A stretch of 48,559 nucleotides of DNA, taken from a virus (lineage: Duplodnaviria > Caudoviricetes). Location of the stretch: the IMG/VR virus record IMGVR_UViG_3300037789_000029, positions 1 through 48,559 of that record, one strand, 5' to 3'. The notes beneath the pieces are model-generated. The model did not search any database. It was not told the origin of the DNA and saw only the letters and a program-made list of their open reading frames with translations. The position numbers and the translations under genes were made by a program. This document shows, piece by piece, positions 44,422 through 48,559 of the stretch (the first letter of the stretch is position 1; each line of letters begins with the position of its first letter).

Positions 44422-44507
44422 AGGATGGCTCCAATGGTGTGGATGATTAGAACGAAGAAGGTGAAGGAGATGATTGACAGCGCAATTGCGATAGCGGCCT
44501 CAATCAT
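44418..44507 (-). CDS. Small single-TM peptide (29 aa; not in ORF track)
   Basis: MIEAAIAIALSIISFTFFVLIIHTIGAIL; overlaps both neighbours and fills the gap exactly. Confidence 0.5.
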   Translation of the reverse strand: MIEAAIAIALSIISFTFFVLIIHTIGAIL

Positions 44508-44925
44508 CAAAGATATCCCCAGATTTAATCCGCCGCGCAAATGCGAGGGCTTCTTCTTCCTCTGGGGACGTTGGTATCATGTCGGCTGTGCCGGGTTTGT
44601 TCAGAGTGCCCTCTTTTGGTACGAGGTCTGTTGGGACGGATTTGTCCGGTTCGATCTCGAGGCCCTCGTTGTCGACCAGTTTTCCCTTCGGCGCACGGAA
44701 GAAAATATCGACTGCTTTGGCGTCCTCTTTCACATCGAAGTCCAGGTCGGTGAAGATGAAATTTCCATTCTCGGCTAGAAGATTGCAATAGTGCCGGGCT
44801 CGAATGCGCCAATACTTTGCTTTGTTATGGTCGGCCAGGATGTACGAACCACCTCCGGCATTCATCGCGGCGACTAGCACCTGATGAACATCGGTGTAGT
44901 TGTAGAGTTTCTTGGACATTGGCAT
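44500..44925 (-). CDS. Hypothetical protein (141 aa)
   Basis: AGGAG RBS. Confidence 0.65.
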   Translation of the reverse strand: MPMSKKLYNYTDVHQVLVAAMNAGGGSYILADHNKAKYWRIRARHYCNLLAENGNFIFTDLDFDVKEDAKAVDIFFRAPKGKLVDNEGLEIEPDKSVPTDLVPKEGTLNKPGTADMIPTSPEEEEALAFARRIKSGDIFDD

Positions 44926-45198
44926 TTAGGGGCGACTCCTTTTGAGGGTTAGTAGGACCAGCAAGGCAAAGCCTAGCATTAGGCCGGTTGAGGGAAGGGG
45001 AACCTGCGGTGGAATGGGAATCTCGCACGGCATGTATTCATTCGGGGTGCAGGCGATGAAGGAAAGACACATCTCCCTGCCGTGAAGGGTCTCACAGGGG
45101 ATGATGTAGCCATTTTTGCAGAACATGCCTGCGTAGCCGTGTTGGGGGCATTTGGCTGGATCAGCCAAGGGACCGGATTGAGATAGGGCCCAGGTCAT
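44926..45198 (-). CDS. Cys-rich protein with C-terminal VPLPA-CTERM-like sorting signal
   Basis: Ends VPLPSTG-LMLGFALLVLLTL-KRSRP; 6 Cys. Confidence 0.65.
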   Translation of the reverse strand: MTWALSQSGPLADPAKCPQHGYAGMFCKNGYIIPCETLHGREMCLSFIACTPNEYMPCEIPIPPQVPLPSTGLMLGFALLVLLTLKRSRP

Positions 45199-45470
45199 AA
45201 TGCATTTCCCTTGATTGGAATAAACGGACCGTCTGCGCGTTCATCCGCGATGGCGTTCAGTTCGTCGTCCTCGTCGGCGCGGGTGTTCCATGCCGCTATG
45301 GCCCGTTCGTCGGCGCTCGGCATATCCTTAGGCCCGTGAAATTCAGGCCGACCGCTTGCGAAACAGTCAAAGCAGTGCGCCTTCCTGCCGTCGCGAACAT
45401 ACGCCGTTTTAACATTGGTGCTTCCGCAGAACGGGCACGGCTTCACGGTGACTGTACTTGTATCGGTCAT
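45195..45470 (-). CDS. Lar-family restriction-alleviation Zn-finger protein
   Basis: KPCPFCG...CFDC.A.G...AIAAWNTRA. Confidence 0.8.
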   Translation of the reverse strand: MTDTSTVTVKPCPFCGSTNVKTAYVRDGRKAHCFDCFASGRPEFHGPKDMPSADERAIAAWNTRADEDDELNAIADERADGPFIPIKGNAL

Positions 45471-45724
45471 GCTTGGTCTCCAGTTTGCGGCAGGCCGGTT
45501 GCCAGTGCTGCGTCCCAACCATCATTGTGGCCAATGACGTAAGAACGGTCAGAGCGAACCCGTTCCACCTCCAGAGCAAGTTCTTTCAGCTTGTCGCTCA
45601 CCTGATCGAGGATGAATGCTTGCAGACCCATCGCGGCCAGACCTTCCCGCATTTTGTATAGGTCTTGACACAGCGCCCGCACCGAGGGGTCTTTCGGGAT
45701 TTTCAGGTCAACGGTATCGGTCAT
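45467..45724 (-). CDS. Hypothetical protein (85 aa)
   Basis: GGAG RBS, ATGA coupling; flanked by 22-bp direct repeats. Confidence 0.55.
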   Translation of the reverse strand: MTDTVDLKIPKDPSVRALCQDLYKMREGLAAMGLQAFILDQVSDKLKELALEVERVRSDRSYVIGHNDGWDAALATGLPQTGDQA

Positions 45725-45987
45725 GATTGGTCTCCCTTGCGGATGGCGGCGCGTGCCTCGGAAATGTCGTCCATCATGATTCTGACCGGGCAAAACGAAA
45801 CAGGTGGATTTGCCGACGAACAATCCCCGCCGCAGGCCGGGCAACCTTCTTCTACCTGCCCTTCAACGTGGCCGATCAGATTTTCAATGACCGCACGATA
45901 CTTCTCCCGCTCGGCGGCTAGCGCCTCGTCCAGCGCGGAGGTGTCGGCAAGGGCGCGGTTGTCGTCGGAGTGTTCGTGGTCAGTCAT
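45721..45987 (-). CDS. Hypothetical Cys-cluster protein (88 aa)
   Basis: CPACGGDCSSANPPVSFCP; ATGA coupling. Confidence 0.55.
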   Translation of the reverse strand: MTDHEHSDDNRALADTSALDEALAAEREKYRAVIENLIGHVEGQVEEGCPACGGDCSSANPPVSFCPVRIMMDDISEARAAIRKGDQS

Positions 45988-46196
45988 TCGATCCGTGCCC
46001 CACTGCGCGACCCACGCTCGCAAGCCACCTCAAGCGCCTTTGTTGCTCGCTTCCGGGCCTGTGCGGGGCTGTTGTTCTGGTTCTTGAAATAACCGCTTTC
46101 GTCAGCGTGTATGGCCGCATCGAGCAGCGCCATTGCCTCACCGACACTCAGCATCAGAACGATTGAATCGCCTTGTTTTACATAGGCTGCCATCAT
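45984..46196 (-). CDS. Hypothetical protein (70 aa)
   Basis: AGGA RBS, coupled operon. Confidence 0.55.
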   Translation of the reverse strand: MMAAYVKQGDSIVLMLSVGEAMALLDAAIHADESGYFKNQNNSPAQARKRATKALEVACERGSRSGARIE

Positions 46197-46197
46197 T

Positions 46198-46269
46198 TCA
46201 TCCTGCGATTAGCGCGAGGATAACTCCCGCGACGATGAAGGCTGAGAAGAAGATGTAGTATGGGAACAT
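46198..46269 (-). CDS. Small single-TM peptide (23 aa; not in ORF track)
   Basis: MFPYYIFFSAFIVAGVILALIAG; TAATG overlap, GGAGG RBS. Confidence 0.45.
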   Translation of the reverse strand: MFPYYIFFSAFIVAGVILALIAG

Positions 46270-46832
46270 TATATTTCCTCCATATCGACGTGCTTAGCCG
46301 TGCCGCAGGTCGGGCACTTGGTGCAGTCGGGCTTGCCGTTCTCGGTGGTGAAGGTGATGCGGTGGGTGTCGTTATCCCACTGTGCTGCCGTAATGGCCCA
46401 GCTGTTGGGTTCTGTGGCTCTGCCGTACAGCGTCACCGTCTCCCGTACAGGCTCGGGGCGGACGCGGTAGGCTCCGTTAGGCATCCATGTAGGCCTCGCG
46501 CGAAAAAACCAGCCGCCTGGCAATCCGGCAGACGGGTTTTGGTGTTGCTCAATCACCTTCCCCTCATGCGCCGCCAGCAGCAGCGCGCCCTTCTCGGCGT
46601 CGGTCATGTCGCCCCATGTCTTGGGGGTGTCAGAGGCGCGGGATATGATGCGGAAAGCTTCCGAGAAGCCGAAGTTGATTTCGCCTCCGTCATCCGTGTA
46701 GCTTCTGTTGGGATTGATAGTGTACCGCTTGCCAACCGTGACGTAGTGATTGCTTCCGTTACGACCGAGAGACACGCACTCGACCACGTCCCCCGGCTTC
46801 ACGTTCAGTTCCTTGAGGGTTCCGGTTTCCAT
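46269..46832 (-). CDS. Hypothetical protein (~187 aa)
   Basis: TLKELNVKPGDVV and KTWGDMTDAEKGALLLA segments; TGATG coupling. Confidence 0.6.
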   Translation of the reverse strand: METGTLKELNVKPGDVVECVSLGRNGSNHYVTVGKRYTINPNRSYTDDGGEINFGFSEAFRIISRASDTPKTWGDMTDAEKGALLLAAHEGKVIEQHQNPSAGLPGGWFFRARPTWMPNGAYRVRPEPVRETVTLYGRATEPNSWAITAAQWDNDTHRITFTTENGKPDCTKCPTCGTAKHVDMEEI

Positions 46833-46954
46833 CACAGTGCTCCCGCAAATATCGCCAGAATGGCGATGGTTTCCCAAAATCCGCCTGTGATAACCCAGAC
46901 GAAGAAGGCGATGATTAAGAGGAACTCAATCCCCAGTGTGTGGATGTGTTTCAT
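46832..46954 (-). CDS. Small membrane peptide (40 aa; not in ORF track)
   Basis: MKHIHTLGIEFLLIIAFFVWVITGGFWETIAILAIFAGAL; coupled at both ends. Confidence 0.5.
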   Translation of the reverse strand: MKHIHTLGIEFLLIIAFFVWVITGGFWETIAILAIFAGAL

Positions 46955-47322
46955 TAGTAGTACTCCATGTAGTAATCGTCCATGTAGGACTCTTCGTTTA
47001 GCTGTTTTTCTACAAAGAACTCTTCATCAAGTTCTTTGTACAAGCGGATCTCTTCTTTCAGCCATTCTTCGAAAAACTCTTCCCGCAGCTTTTGCTCTAA
47101 AACAGCTGCTTCATGTTCTTCGTTGTATTGCGCTATTGCGGCAGCTGTGATTCGCTTGGCTTGCCGCCTGCGTTGCTTATTCACTCGCCGTTTGCAGAAC
47201 GCCCGGCCGTTCCCGGTGTGATGCTCGCGGTATCCTGTGATCTTTTCGTAAACAGGTGAGTCCCAGCTAGAATGTCCGCCGGGTCGATCGCGATTGAGGC
47301 GATTGATTTTTGCCTTCTGCAT
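46954..47322 (-). CDS. Hypothetical protein with Arg-rich centre and acidic C-terminus (122 aa)
   Basis: AAGGAGAG RBS. Confidence 0.65.
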   Translation of the reverse strand: MQKAKINRLNRDRPGGHSSWDSPVYEKITGYREHHTGNGRAFCKRRVNKQRRRQAKRITAAAIAQYNEEHEAAVLEQKLREEFFEEWLKEEIRLYKELDEEFFVEKQLNEESYMDDYYMEYY

Positions 47323-47413
47323 CTATCTCTCCTTTAGCTAAGTGAAAGGTAGGCATCTCCTACCCTTGACAAGACTAAAGGCCGAGGGCTGTGATTAACC
47401 CCCGGCGATTGAG

Positions 47414-47623
47414 CTATTTCTTTTGCGCTGGTTTCGGGTGGTAGGACAGCGGCACTGGTGCGCGCCATACTCCATCCTTGCCCTGCTTGGCCGCTTTTTT
47501 CGCGACTTTCTGTTGCGCCGCCGTGCGGTATGGTTTGCGGTTGTGCATGTTCAACTTGCCGTTGCAGGTCAGGCTGGTCTGGCAGGCGTACTGGATTTTA
47601 GTCAGTTCCGCGTGGGGTGTCAT
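47414..47623 (-). CDS. Hypothetical basic protein (69 aa)
   Basis: AAGGAG RBS before ATG 47623. Confidence 0.55.
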   Translation of the reverse strand: MTPHAELTKIQYACQTSLTCNGKLNMHNRKPYRTAAQQKVAKKAAKQGKDGVWRAPVPLSYHPKPAQKK

Positions 47624-47633
47624 GTTGTTCTCC

Positions 47634-47774
47634 TTAAAGGTTGGTGACACAGATGAATGTATCATGTCCGTCGGACAGATACTCGAGATAGATTGCCGTG
47701 CGCAAGCAATCCTCCATAGCGTAGAAGGTCATTGTGACCTCGTTGAAATAGGTGCTGATCAGTTCAATGAACAT
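47634..47774 (-). CDS. Hypothetical protein (46 aa; not in ORF track)
   Basis: MFIELISTYFNEVTMTFYAMEDCLRTAIYLEYLSDGHDTFICVTNL; AAGGA RBS. Confidence 0.45.
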   Translation of the reverse strand: MFIELISTYFNEVTMTFYAMEDCLRTAIYLEYLSDGHDTFICVTNL

Positions 47775-47795
47775 TGTGCGGGTTCCTTGAGTGCT

Positions 47796-47830
47796 GGTAT
47801 GGGTTGTTTCCGTCGTGAACGGGCCATATT
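47796..47830 (-). promoter_or_regulatory. 35-bp palindromic motif, copy 6
   Basis: Minus: aaTATGG-ccc-GTTCAC-gac-GGAAAC-aac-CCATACC. Confidence 0.75.
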
Positions 47831-47850
47831 AGCCCTGTGCATCGGTTTCC

Positions 47851-48042
47851 TTAGAGTTCCTCCATTTCAGCTAGGATGAAAGAAAATGCCCTCACTCCGC
47901 GTTTTGAATTGAACACGCCGCTTGACTCACATACATCCCAAGCCAACTCCCATCCGAATTTTCTTGCCACATCTTCAGGTCTTGCTGCGTACACACTAGC
48001 TAGCTCCCCTTTTAAATTGAACAAGATTGTTATATCTTCCAT
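47851..48042 (-). CDS. Hypothetical protein (63 aa)
   Basis: AAGGAGAG RBS. Confidence 0.6.
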   Translation of the reverse strand: MEDITILFNLKGELASVYAARPEDVARKFGWELAWDVCESSGVFNSKRGVRAFSFILAEMEEL

Positions 48043-48106
48043 CTTTTCTCTCCTTGATTAAACCATCACTAGGGCGAATTCTCCCCCGCCCTAGAAATTG
48101 TCTAAC

Positions 48107-48355
48107 CTAGTTTCCGTAGTTAAATTCATCCCCATTGAGGATAAACCTATCCTGCACGTCGAACCAGTCCTTCAGCTCATCTTGTTCCCTGAACGTTCGC
48201 AGGTTTTCCTGTACTAAAGCAACCGCCCTGCAGTCTTTTCCATGTCGTTGGCAGATTTTATCCATTATCCATTCCTCCATTCCGCGCCCATGCAATTTCA
48301 TACCACGCCGCACGGTAATTTGCAAGGTGATTTGCCAGTCATGGGCCATATGCAA
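48107..48355 (-). CDS. Hypothetical protein (~82 aa)
   Basis: ORF next to the junction region; start uncertain. Confidence 0.4.
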   Translation of the reverse strand: MHMAHDWQITLQITVRRGMKLHGRGMEEWIMDKICQRHGKDCRAVALVQENLRTFREQDELKDWFDVQDRFILNGDEFNYGN

Positions 48356-48366
48356 TTGTACATTGC

Positions 48367-48419
48367 ATCCCGTTGTGTTCCGGTATCACCCGGTATTGGT
48401 CGTAAATGGTCATTCCGGT
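48367..48419. repeat. Imperfect 53-bp inverted repeat, left arm (partner 197-249)
   Basis: See 197-249. Confidence 0.75.
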
Positions 48420-48428
48420 ATTATCCGG

Positions 48429-48559
48429 GTTTTCCCCCCCATGTACGTCTAGGTATGGCTCCCCCCACTGGAGCCAGCTCCCCTTGGTCCCCTTTTCTGA
48501 AATTTGTTCTAAAAAAAAAAAAAAATTTATAAAATATGAAGAAAGAAAAAGAAACCGAA
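48429..48559. repeat. Terminal direct repeat / circular overlap, right copy
   Basis: Matches 1-131. Confidence 0.9.

Noticed and set aside
46260-47150. 296-aa plus-strand ORF and other long antisense ORFs
   Set aside because: Shadow frames of tightly coupled minus-strand genes; no motifs or RBS.
1952-47830. The 35-bp repeats as CRISPR repeats or a conserved RNA hairpin
   Set aside because: The copies are kilobases apart. The N3 spacers pair in only two of six copies, which favours a DNA-level site.
48525-48559. Mismatches between the two terminal repeat copies as real diversification
   Set aside because: All differences lie after the long A run at the very end of the contig, typical of low-quality read ends. 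The repeat may be only an assembly overlap, not a biological DTR.
1-48559. Lysogeny module, tRNAs, phage RNA polymerase
   Set aside because: No integrase or CI motifs, cloverleafs or T7-type RNAP motifs were recognised by eye; a tRNAscan/HMM run would confirm.

Overview
The window looks like a complete ~48.4 kb genome of a tailed dsDNA phage with a short (podovirus-type) tail; bases 1-131 repeat at 48429-48559. The + strand arm (2061-30926) carries a BPP-1/epsilon15-like morphogenesis module: terminases, portal, scaffold, major capsid, cement protein, tail adaptor and nozzle, ejection proteins, a mosaic tailspike, a GH108 endolysin and holins. Three extra fibre/spike-like genes sit between portal and scaffold. 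The - strand arm (30923-48355, plus 429-1688) holds early and replication genes: a family A polymerase apparently split over two genes, a DUF3987-like NTPase, a ParB-methyltransferase fusion, a DnaQ-like exonuclease, a Sak4-like ATPase, a Cas4-like nuclease, an SF1 helicase, a Lar-like protein and a VPLPA-CTERM protein. I recognised no integrase, CI-type repressor, RNA polymerase, primase, tRNA or CRISPR, so the phage is probably virulent; an alphaproteobacterial (Rhodobacterales-like) host is inferred. The most striking unexplained structure is non-coding. (i) A 35-bp four-block palindrome, GGTATGG-N3-GTTCAC-N3-(GTG/GGA/GCG/ACG)AAC-N3-CCATACC, occurs six times around the genome and is polarised with transcription. 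(ii) Nested dyad symmetry centres on the poly(A) tract at the contig junction and reuses the same half-sites. (iii) A duplicated, covarying double-hairpin leader precedes two early genes. All family assignments come from motifs recognised by eye; no database search was run.
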